Shown: positions 26,501-32,711 of the stretch, one piece after another | How the letters are laid out: each line of letters starts with the position of its first letter | Position numbering within the stretch: the first letter of the stretch is position 1 | IMG/VR virus record: IMGVR_UViG_3300037574_000160 | Coordinates: 1 to 32,711 of that record | Reading direction: 5' to 3' (one strand) | Source: a virus | Taxonomy: Duplodnaviria; Caudoviricetes | DNA: 32,711 bases | Translations under genes and position numbers: made by a program | Notes under the pieces: model-generated | What the model was told of the DNA's origin: nothing | The model's database searches: none | Seen by the model: the letters and a program-made list of their open reading frames with translations, nothing else

Positions 26501-27379
26501 CCCTGCGATACCCAACACCCTTGCTGTCGTCTGACTCGCTTCAGGGATAACCTTGCTTATCTTATCTCCAACAGCATCGGTGATCTTTGTGACACCTCTT
26601 CCGGTCCCACCAACTGCCTTGCCTGCGAGCTTGCCTGCCTTGCCTGCCGCCCGTGCCGCAAGTGCTGGCAGTTTGGTGAATGCGCCAAGACCGGGGACTG
26701 CCATTGTGACATCTCCGACATAACCAAACGCCTCGGCTGCGGCTACGTCTTCTCCCTCCATCTCACCAACAAAAGGCAGGGTGGTTTTTCTTTCGCCGGT
26801 CCTCCACTTCTCACGCTCAACCTCGTAGGCACGTTTCAGGTTGAACCGCATCTTGTCCTTGGACAGTTGTCGGATGTAGTCCTGCCGTGAGTCTTGGTCA
26901 TCCTCGTTACCGGTGTCCTCCAAGTATTTCTCGTATGTGTCGGCAGCGTAAAAGTCCTTGGTGAAGACATCTCCAACGATGTTGAATATGTCGTTCGTGC
27001 CACGCACATAACCGGACACCAAGGTCTTGATTCCTTTTACGGGGTCGGTGATATAAAGACCCTGACTGACGGCACTCCATATTCCTCCAAAGAACTCTTC
27101 CCCAACCATCTCCAGCCCTTGGCCAACGATGCCAAGTTTTTCGTCAAAGGTCTTTTCAGGCTCAACCGACTTGGCCTTGCGGTACCGTTCAAACTCCTCG
27201 TAGTTTAACTGTCGGGTTTGGTCGCCTTCGACTGACTGCACCAGTTCCAACCCCGTGAAAGGGATGATGCCACCTGCGGCAATTGCTCCACCTTCGGGTG
27301 TCGCAGTAGCCGCATAAGGACCTAACCCAAACTCCCTGAGTTCCTCGTCTGAATACGGGACCAGTTCTTGCGAAGCCAT
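20537..27379 (-). CDS. Giant internal virion / polyvalent protein with ART-PolyVal-like domains
   Basis: 2280 aa; Gly/Ala-rich membrane-like segments; HEFGH zincin-like motif; VYHGRT..F.EFD...YLKLDNP...GHDG...AFESNQIKS and AYHGTPH...GTGEGAQSYGHGLYFAE...NYVVF domains. Last and largest of three ejection-protein genes. Confidence 0.8.
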   Translation of the reverse strand: MASQELVPYSDEELREFGLGPYAATATPEGGAIAAGGIIPFTGLELVQSVEGDQTRQLNYEEFERYRKAKSVEPEKTFDEKLGIVGQGLEMVGEEFFGGIWSAVSQGLYITDPVKGIKTLVSGYVRGTNDIFNIVGDVFTKDFYAADTYEKYLEDTGNEDDQDSRQDYIRQLSKDKMRFNLKRAYEVEREKWRTGERKTTLPFVGEMEGEDVAAAEAFGYVGDVTMAVPGLGAFTKLPALAARAAGKAGKLAGKAVGGTGRGVTKITDAVGDKISKVIPEASQTTARVLGIAGSTVAGQPAIGLALAAPTIGRTLDVAGRLGEKVGESLGKRPSQFGVLERIAMDSTVDPNLRKLARILHMGGVGDKLLSGTGTLALGVGTGMVVGGGLGYLAQGEEGMLQGLGAGIGIGGPAALGGAGLSKLTGHARRSAEDADVMRFLEAQAKKGVDPKQALAKLGRDALLKTATLERIFQGDVAVNLLTNAQYNKAHKAGAAAWSPDRKSIDINIEASDAKHNILHEFGHALWDSPVVNKSEMTAELVGVYGQTRIDAMATGYVERLAENRVRRRFKKPFSKAADNAVQRWKEGKPIKGVDDFDVAVNAERADLTKQFGLDWVHSEIFAEDFVGSTLDRNLNKLRKGKTGEGLFHLRGAMLRTKAGILRKMGVKVDPLGRVDGAYASRIFGEMTGDKKFKKTLRNYVRDRGRHFDEMGRRAKNPDGAGSKRDILNMGDHAGFWRDKGDGTFENDYATKNAKGEVTVKGHEEIAKTLHDRAEGVRRLRDGLVAKGLIGRDDKSTLGAREGADGSIEVTGKAIPDEVIEASNLPPQMKAHLKLLNELVGNGTTAMVWYNGISTTKSKKIKMNEVVKTTKDGTPDLRGTTRMWRRNLRKFMGNIAASRRDIKPFEYRITKEGNITVQSLDVDAIHDKVSRWQKDTDANGRPKLELWGNDVKKFYEDLKVYMDNHRKGLGGAEGIGEAKRNAFRAFLMRDMTGSGGVSPLHDILNNRPVDRTSIVKSFRLDRIGSVESTMRDDFHFDYHKVKENLMPDGTPKVKEHGEVIEFNEAMVERFMPVAPVGARYMDLRDMQGEKMIGLAIDRLGHGVRTLASGASSEIAAQGGRAFMWLEGKWASYQSKVFESLINQMKLVGTEYLALSVLGDLNHNNTRYGMRLFGESIRDAVTRGDITSKQANAYIELMTSNAANIDKMKKKPQAQQRETLQGIRKVQQFIDAVDAGDLTHIAGEVLTEQRKTKGAKFNFSREEAEQLQFGPRSTAEMAVDGGLWDEKKFPLGTVVAVMKIKHNMGSPKYDAANDIPIVHEPNLHYHYGFTVDVEPVAYAKTFYPLSSLSRGKSRAIDKKTGKLTGGNVFNKAGSVGPQPLQSIMPELDLLTEGKMGPPIAHPVNYMPETHWANRHPKMIEARKQGVMGEAWSKLVDKYKPVLLSPKPTKNNLVPDRPSEKSQKDDVMKLSLQMLRGDKPQLIGAARELPEGTLVGGRIDIPFHNDTKALYDQGKIDQVGYAVAVHEKGTEGGVGRIIGYDSIMRLKNAVFHVAKHEGTKGDIAQVAVGKKEGGVDKYPLATVEGEYMRTHERGKLKDDAIPYDIYNTDKWIQVGMDPVRHEYFYRKDNHRVPIESASEAILVGDTVFVRVDDALVQGDKSQSRYFPAETARMEAEYTDAVAKGDVDTMQAAVDQAAARAGYDIGPVYHGRTIPEDGIVPANRPFTEFDPTKNPWGHIMTSDSESVAQSFAGRQMHVGDAYGKLVEGKGDIVKGYLKLDNPFDYRNPSHINDALYAIREWGGEVNVSFEGEKMVKVVDELERRSKGAMEDKVAHEPEFNSRLRKWITSGDYGFFETAGVTELLKKLGHDGYITTERGGTTYAAFESNQIKSADPVTLDDGGNPIPLHDRFNMESDDVRHIPAYHGTPHTFAAEEGAPLGKFSTDKIGTGEGAQSYGHGLYFAEKKSVAEWYRDKLTDNRNLVTHSNVDVKLKNKNLKELGEQGFSQIRTWVNDFVVGRARYNSKRTSVARAKQYLKEELIPKFKKSAEWDVGLWTSNIEIHGEKDFNKAKLADAKKALSAVESLKPDDFDIEIDQPVVGSMYEVDITPKEEHFLDLDKPFKEQSKYVKDALLKDGKRVFDAETGSDLYLSDFVNNGGQGLHFLRNLEAVSGRPSDVSAKLANIGIAGNRFADASSRATTSMGKPKEGFKQTYNYVVFEDSAVEIRNRYMPRVSEDGKVVTMPTKGRIVQTGPKKFRAYNLSGKLMGVAATQAAADALLDRGKN

Positions 27380-27383
27380 AACC

Positions 27384-29291
27384 TTAATCTATTGTTCCCG
27401 ATGTTGCCCCAGAACTAGGGATTGTATATACCCTATAACTTAAAGCACCATCTTCCCTGACATAAACCTTGGTACCAGCGGGGTACCCAGCCTTTAATGC
27501 GTCCTGCACGTTGGTAAACTTCAGGGTCGGTGGAAGGTCTGCGCTGCCCATTCCTTCACCGGATTTTACCTTTTTTTCGTAATTCACTTGGTCCTCTGCG
27601 GTGAAGGACAACTTGTCTGAAGCTAACTTCTCACCTTCACGAAGTTTGTGGTCATAATCCCAAAGGCCAAGGTGTTCACCACGAACCTTTACGCCTTGAG
27701 CCATAATCCGCTGAAGCTCTTTCAGTCTGGCTCGACTGTTTGTGTCGAACTGGAAGAACTTGGTCGGATCACCTATCACCTCAAGCAGTATTTTCTGCTC
27801 GTATTCCGACACGGCACCGGGACCGATAACCGCAAGCCTCAACTTGCCTCGCAACAAGTTTAACTTGGTTTTTATCTCGGCCCGTATCTTGTTCCCTCCT
27901 TCAAATGTAACGGCTGCCCTTCTTGTTAAGGCATTCAGTTTTTCATCCTGATCGAGTGCCTCTTGTATCATCTGTATGCCGAGTTGAGCATCAGAAGACA
28001 ACGTCCTGAAGTCTTTTGCATCTTGCTCAGACGGTGCCAAGCCTGCCGAATCTTTATTAAACGTCAGGTCGGAATGCTCCTTCGCAAACTTCTCAGCTTC
28101 GGGAACTGATCTTGGGTCCTGCCCAACACCGTAGTTTAGTGTTGTTTTAACCTGACCTGTTTCAGGGTCTATGGTTTGGGTGGTTCCTTTTAAGAACATC
28201 CCTTGCTTCGGACCAGAAATTCCCATTGCGGACTGAAGTCTTTCGGTTAGGACCTGACCTCCTGCCACATACTTGCCGGTGTCTTCCCCGTCCAACTGAA
28301 TCCTTGCCCCCGGCACAGCCCTTGGGTGCCTGCTCTGCACATGTGCCTGCGCCTTGGCATATCCTTCTGGACCAAGTTCACTAGCACTCCGTGACAGGTA
28401 ATCCTGCGCTGCCGCAGCCTGCTCTGAGGTGGTTGGGTCACGCATGATGTCACGACTCCTTTTGGTTTGCTGAAAGAACGGATGCTGACTCTTCCAATCA
28501 GGCACATAACCCATGTTGGGGTCCTCTTGCAGACCGAATGCGTTCCTGTTTGAAATGTCATCATACGGGTTGGGAGCTTGCGAACTTAAATACGGATTGA
28601 TCTCTCCCTCTTGTAAGTTCTGCCCCATCAACTCCCTGCCTCTTGGTGAGTCTTTAGGAATCTTGAAGCCTGAACCGGGATCAACAATCTCGTCGCCCAT
28701 AACATCGGCACCCGTCATGTCCCGTTCATCGCTGAACTGTTTGTGATAAAACTCCGGTGTGGATGTGTCCTCCCAGTAAGACTCCTTGTCGGCTACCTGC
28801 TGCCCTGTCTCGCCTGCGTAACCAGAAATAAACTCTCCCAGATTTTTTCGCTCACGGGTTTTTCGTTCATACTCTTTGTTGGTGTTAAGCGCATTATCCA
28901 GATCAGCTTGCTTTTGTGACGCAATTATCGGGTTGGTTTCCTCGGCTAATTCGATTTGCAGTTCCGCAGCACGATTTTGCAATCGCTTGCTCCTCCGCAC
29001 CTCACCTTTATCATATTCGAGAATGATCCCCTCGATCTTCTTGGTGGACTCGTCTGATAACTCGTCGCCACGCTTGGACCACTTCTCGTACTCGGTCTGT
29101 GCCGCCTTTACTACATTCTCACCGGACCCCTTGCTCATCAGGGACTGATACTCAGCGTATAGGTCCTCCTCGATAACCTCATGCTGACCTATCAGCTTTT
29201 GCCGCTCATCCTGACGTTCCTTGCGGGTGACCAAGCCTTGACCAATCGCCCCCAATCCCTCGCTAATTCCTTGTCCAATATCGTATGCCAT
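27384..29291 (-). CDS. Internal virion (DNA ejection) protein
   Basis: 635 aa, helical; N-terminal IGQGISEGLGAIGQG; GPGAVSEYEQK motif; synteny. Confidence 0.65.
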   Translation of the reverse strand: MAYDIGQGISEGLGAIGQGLVTRKERQDERQKLIGQHEVIEEDLYAEYQSLMSKGSGENVVKAAQTEYEKWSKRGDELSDESTKKIEGIILEYDKGEVRRSKRLQNRAAELQIELAEETNPIIASQKQADLDNALNTNKEYERKTRERKNLGEFISGYAGETGQQVADKESYWEDTSTPEFYHKQFSDERDMTGADVMGDEIVDPGSGFKIPKDSPRGRELMGQNLQEGEINPYLSSQAPNPYDDISNRNAFGLQEDPNMGYVPDWKSQHPFFQQTKRSRDIMRDPTTSEQAAAAQDYLSRSASELGPEGYAKAQAHVQSRHPRAVPGARIQLDGEDTGKYVAGGQVLTERLQSAMGISGPKQGMFLKGTTQTIDPETGQVKTTLNYGVGQDPRSVPEAEKFAKEHSDLTFNKDSAGLAPSEQDAKDFRTLSSDAQLGIQMIQEALDQDEKLNALTRRAAVTFEGGNKIRAEIKTKLNLLRGKLRLAVIGPGAVSEYEQKILLEVIGDPTKFFQFDTNSRARLKELQRIMAQGVKVRGEHLGLWDYDHKLREGEKLASDKLSFTAEDQVNYEKKVKSGEGMGSADLPPTLKFTNVQDALKAGYPAGTKVYVREDGALSYRVYTIPSSGATSGTID

Positions 29292-29297
29292 AATTAA

Positions 29298-30152
29298 TTA
29301 GCCCTTCCCACCACCACCAAATAAACCGCCCCAACCACCGGCACCGATGGCACCACCTGCCAACTTGCCGACACCACCAATCAATCCTCCAATCATCGCA
29401 GACTTGGCTTGCGCCCGTGCCTGACTAGCTTGGAATGCCTGCGCCGAGTTCTGCCCGTGCATCTGCCCAGCATATTGACTCTCTGGGTTGAACACGTTGC
29501 CGGGACCCATGCCTTGGGCTTGGGCACCCATCGCCATCGGGTTGAATGCCCGTGACTGCCTCCCCAAGATTGCCATTGCTGGATCAGCACCGAGTGCGGC
29601 ACTCATCCCCATCTGACCTTGGGCAAATTGTTGCCGTGAACTCCTGCGCTGTTCCATCAAGTCCAACTCGGCCAAGCTGGACATCGCCTGATCACTCACG
29701 CCCCGTCCGAAGCCTCTCTGGGACTGCCCCTGAGCCACAGATTGCCGCAGGTTGCGTTTCTGCGCTGCGGTGAGGTTCCCACCTAACTCAAGCTCAGAAA
29801 GTGCCTGAGAGTTCAATTCTCGGCGCAAGGCTGCGGTCTGTGGGTCTGCCGACTCAATTGCTGCCGTGGCACGGGCACCGTACTTCTCCAATGCCTCCAC
29901 ATCGGCTAGTCGCTTGGACCGTGTTGCCTCCAAATCCATCCTGCTCAAAGCAGGGTTGATTTGGTTCTCGTACAACTCCATGAGCCTCGGTGCATACTCC
30001 TCCATTATGCCTGCCTGAATGCCTGCATACTTGGGTTGGTACTCTGCCTCACTCTCATACACTTGGTCAGCGTACTTCAGTTGTGTCTCAAGGTTCGTTT
30101 TATACTCTTTTGCGTAATCTCTCGGATGAGAATTAATCTTCGTGCTGCCCAT
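29298..30152 (-). CDS. Internal virion / DNA pilot protein
   Basis: 284 aa, Q/A/M-rich with Gly-rich hydrophobic C-terminus; first of the ejection trio. Confidence 0.65.
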   Translation of the reverse strand: MGSTKINSHPRDYAKEYKTNLETQLKYADQVYESEAEYQPKYAGIQAGIMEEYAPRLMELYENQINPALSRMDLEATRSKRLADVEALEKYGARATAAIESADPQTAALRRELNSQALSELELGGNLTAAQKRNLRQSVAQGQSQRGFGRGVSDQAMSSLAELDLMEQRRSSRQQFAQGQMGMSAALGADPAMAILGRQSRAFNPMAMGAQAQGMGPGNVFNPESQYAGQMHGQNSAQAFQASQARAQAKSAMIGGLIGGVGKLAGGAIGAGGWGGLFGGGGKG

Positions 30153-30525
30153 TTTTGTTTATCTCCATGTTAAGTGCCTTTTTGTAAAATTCCCCCCAAG
30201 GCCAAATCTTGGGTTTGGGATTATCCCCCCTGTGCCACGACACATACGGCAGGGGGAGGGGTGCTATGTTAAAAAACCTTGTGACCGCATCACCGCAACC
30301 CAAGTAAACAAACCAAGTGTCCCATGTCTCTGGCTTGAACATAAACTTGTAGTCCAAAGCAAAGCCAATGTCCCTTGAGGACACAGGGCGAGCCATGACA
30401 AACATATCATCACCCGAATAGACATAACCGTGCCGAAGGTAGAACGAGAAATCCTCCTCGAAAGATCGAGGAGATTGCTCGTCATAACAATCCTCACGGG
30501 CAATGTCTATCGGTCGCTTATTCAC
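30133..30525 (-). CDS. Hypothetical protein, possible GNAT-like virion assembly protein
   Basis: In-frame GTG at 30525 overlaps the upstream stop; aromatic alpha/beta pattern; position just before the ejection genes. Confidence 0.5.
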   Translation of the reverse strand: MNKRPIDIAREDCYDEQSPRSFEEDFSFYLRHGYVYSGDDMFVMARPVSSRDIGFALDYKFMFKPETWDTWFVYLGCGDAVTRFFNIAPLPLPYVSWHRGDNPKPKIWPWGEFYKKALNMEINKNGQHED

Positions 30526-30967
30526 CCTCTCCAGATTCCTCCTCTGCCGCTGCCTCTTCGGCTGGTGCTTCCTCTTCCTCGGCTGGTGCTTCCTCTTCAG
30601 CCTCGGCTTCCTCGCTCGGCAAATCCTGATAACCATCACCGATAGTCATGCTGCCAAAGTCAGGCCGCTCATGTGCCGGTGCTTCCACGGGTGAAGTCAT
30701 CTGACTTGCAATGCGTGTCTGCAAATCCAGATACCAACCGCCCGTGCCGATAGTGTTCTCTATGAACTGCTCTGCCCCTTCCGTGAACTGATCCAATGGC
30801 ATACAAGGGTGAACCGTTATCGACTCATCTTTGTAGCTACTGAAGCCGCTCACGCTGTCAGTTGCCGTTATTCCCAAGATCACTTTGCAGACATGGCCGC
30901 TGTCATCTCGTCCCTCTGGGTGTACGGATACATCCCACCTCGTTACCTCGTAGCTTATGTTAGCCAT
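30518..30967 (-). CDS. Hypothetical tail-region protein with acidic repeat tail
   Basis: 149 aa; C-terminal EEEAPAE repeats (21-bp tandem duplication near 30555-30600). Confidence 0.7.
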   Translation of the reverse strand: MANISYEVTRWDVSVHPEGRDDSGHVCKVILGITATDSVSGFSSYKDESITVHPCMPLDQFTEGAEQFIENTIGTGGWYLDLQTRIASQMTSPVEAPAHERPDFGSMTIGDGYQDLPSEEAEAEEEAPAEEEEAPAEEAAAEEESGEGE

Positions 30968-30974
30968 AATATTA

Positions 30975-31163
30975 TTATTTGTTTCGATCCATCAGCATCG
31001 GATATGGATGACTGATGAAATTGGTTCGCACTATGTTCGTATAAATTGTGATTGGCTTTGGCTCATACCACTCAACGTCGATTCCTCCAAAGCCCACATC
31101 AATCGTTCTTACGTTTTGACACCCGCCGCACATCTGCCCGATCACTAATGATAAACAGGTCAT
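30975..31163 (-). CDS. Possible small lipoprotein
   Basis: MTCLSLVIGQMCGGC with a weak lipobox; overlaps the upstream gene; start uncertain. Confidence 0.35.
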   Translation of the reverse strand: MTCLSLVIGQMCGGCQNVRTIDVGFGGIDVEWYEPKPITIYTNIVRTNFISHPYPMLMDRNK

Positions 31164-31392
31164 GGTAATTGCGGTGCTGCTCACGCAGTTCTGCAAGTTC
31201 AATTTTAAGTTGGCACAACTCTCCTCGTACATCATTCAGCCCGTCGATCAAGCGGATGGTGATCTCTTTGTGTTCTGTCAGCGAATCCGTCAGACTCGTA
31301 AACAGAAAATTCGTCAGGCGCACCACATAGTAACTGACACCTAAAAGTGCCACCACCGAGATTCCCTGCTCTAAAAGTTTCTCTATTTCCAT
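31099..31392 (-). CDS. Putative holin-like membrane protein
   Basis: N-terminal TM segment (GISVVALLGVSYYVV) followed by a coiled coil; after tail fibre genes. Confidence 0.45.
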   Translation of the reverse strand: MEIEKLLEQGISVVALLGVSYYVVRLTNFLFTSLTDSLTEHKEITIRLIDGLNDVRGELCQLKIELAELREQHRNYHDLFIISDRADVRRVSKRKND

Positions 31393-31410
31393 CCATACTT
31401 ATACGTTTAC

Positions 31411-31839
31411 TCACCCTATTATCGTCACTCCAAATTGCTTATTATCTGCTGGCTCCGAGTAGAACCGTAGCTTGATGATCTGGGTGCTATGCACCTTGAC
31501 CACGCAAGCGTTGGTGTAGTTGATGTCAATTTGTTCGTTGTCGTTCTCCGTGACCGCACTATTCAAATCCCTCACGCTCACGATAACGTCATAGGTTCCC
31601 AACGAGTGAGTGATCGTTACAACCTCCGCATCATCTCCCGAAACCCAACTCACCCCCGCACTAGAATACCCAGCATTGCCCCAAACGATGTCGTAGGACT
31701 TCTTCGTCAGACCACTAGCCCATTGCAGCAACCCGTTGGAGGCAGTCTTGAGATAATGGTTGTTACCAGCGGTGCCTCCAATGTTGATGGTAGCTGCGCC
31801 TTGGAACTGAATCGTGGCGTGTTGCTTTTTGATTGCCAT
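31411..31839 (-). CDS. Tail fibre-associated protein
   Basis: MAIKKQH start overlaps the upstream stop (TAATG); ITHSLGTYDVIVSV resembles ITHNLGTAKPIVQV of the upstream gene. Confidence 0.6.
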   Translation of the reverse strand: MAIKKQHATIQFQGAATINIGGTAGNNHYLKTASNGLLQWASGLTKKSYDIVWGNAGYSSAGVSWVSGDDAEVVTITHSLGTYDVIVSVRDLNSAVTENDNEQIDINYTNACVVKVHSTQIIKLRFYSEPADNKQFGVTIIG

Positions 31840-32711
31840 TAGCCTGTTACACAATAATCAAAGTTGGTCAGGTCGCCTTGGTGCGACGAGAAAACTACAG
31901 TCACATAATTAGTAAGGGTGCTGCTCTGAAGCGTTGTAAGTGCCGCAGGGTTAGCCGAATTAGTCCAATCACCAATCCTGACTTCAGTTTCAACCATGCC
32001 TCGGTTGCCAGAAGTTTCCCACACCTGAACAATAGGCTTTGCCGTTCCCAAGTTGTGAGTAATCCGAAACGCTATACTTGCAGTTGTATCATCAAAGGTA
32101 AGGGTTCCCGGCACTACCCTAGCAACTTGAATGAGGTTGGTTGATGATCCAGAGGTTGCCTTGACTGATCCATCACCCGTTAACTCAAGCACGGGCAAAC
32201 GTGTGCCATCAGTTTTCATCCCGAAGGATGTTTTGGCGGAACTGTTGTTGTACGCATTGTCTATGTTCAGCGTAGTGCTTCCAGATGCGTCAAAATCAAT
32301 GCGTCCATTGTGGGGCAGCTTGCCCAGCATTAGCACACCGCTATCGTCTAGGTTTCGGCTTCCGATCTCACTCCGACCCTTAACCGTCAGTATGCCACGG
32401 TAATCATTGTCACCAACCGAAGTCGCCCCTGTGATCGTCCCGTGGTTGGCGTTGCTGGTTGTATCGTACCACTTGTCGTTGATCGACCTCGGCGTGTAGG
32501 CGGCTACTTCTCCTACTTGATGCACACTTACAGAATCAATCCAGCCGTAGTGGTTGCTAGTTTCTGTGCGAAGTTGAAGGCCGATACTGAAAAGAGCGGT
32601 TGTGGCTGTTACATCTGATGTTACGGTCTGCCAGCTCGTCGATGAGTTGTCTGCTACACCATAATCGGAGCCGATTGCAGTAGAACCAAGGAATACACGG
32701 ATACCTTGAGT
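31839..32711 (-). CDS. Tail fibre / receptor-binding protein (5' truncated)
   Basis: Frame stays open to the window end; T/S/G-rich beta segments, carbohydrate-binding-like YGWIDSVSV, KWYDTTSNANHGT, THNLG. Confidence 0.7.
   Translation of the reverse strand, partial: TQGIRVFLGSTAIGSDYGVADNSSTSWQTVTSDVTATTALFSIGLQLRTETSNHYGWIDSVSVHQVGEVAAYTPRSINDKWYDTTSNANHGTITGATSVGDNDYRGILTVKGRSEIGSRNLDDSGVLMLGKLPHNGRIDFDASGSTTLNIDNAYNNSSAKTSFGMKTDGTRLPVLELTGDGSVKATSGSSTNLIQVARVVPGTLTFDDTTASIAFRITHNLGTAKPIVQVWETSGNRGMVETEVRIGDWTNSANPAALTTLQSSTLTNYVTVVFSSHQGDLTNFDYCVTG

Noticed and set aside
31411-32711. Diversity-generating retroelement at the tail fibre
   Set aside because: No reverse transcriptase and no TR/VR pair seen; the THxLG similarity is at protein level only.

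Overview
A 32.7-kb segment of a temperate, podovirus-like dsDNA phage with essentially every credible gene on the minus strand. In transcription order (right to left): partial tail fibre, putative lysis genes, three internal virion (ejection) proteins including a 2280-aa polyvalent protein, a candidate attP region and sigma70-type promoter, a tyrosine integrase, an early accessory region, replication genes (SSB-like, 3'-5' exonuclease, RuvC-like resolvase, primase-helicase, DnaA-C-like HTH), terminase, portal, scaffold and major capsid protein. The standout is at 17007-18343. A 263-aa IS110/Nop-domain-like protein with no visible nuclease domain is followed directly by about 15 units of 36 bp, each made of two alternating 10-bp conserved repeats and two unique 8-bp spacers. 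This matches a TIGR-Tas (tandem interspaced guide RNA) RNA-guided system of the nuclease-less TasA type. Also seen: a 14-nt start-associated motif (4 exact copies, two bracketing the Tas cassette), a palindromic operator GGTGTCnACACC (4 copies) and several strong hairpins. All product calls come from motif recognition by eye; no database search was run.
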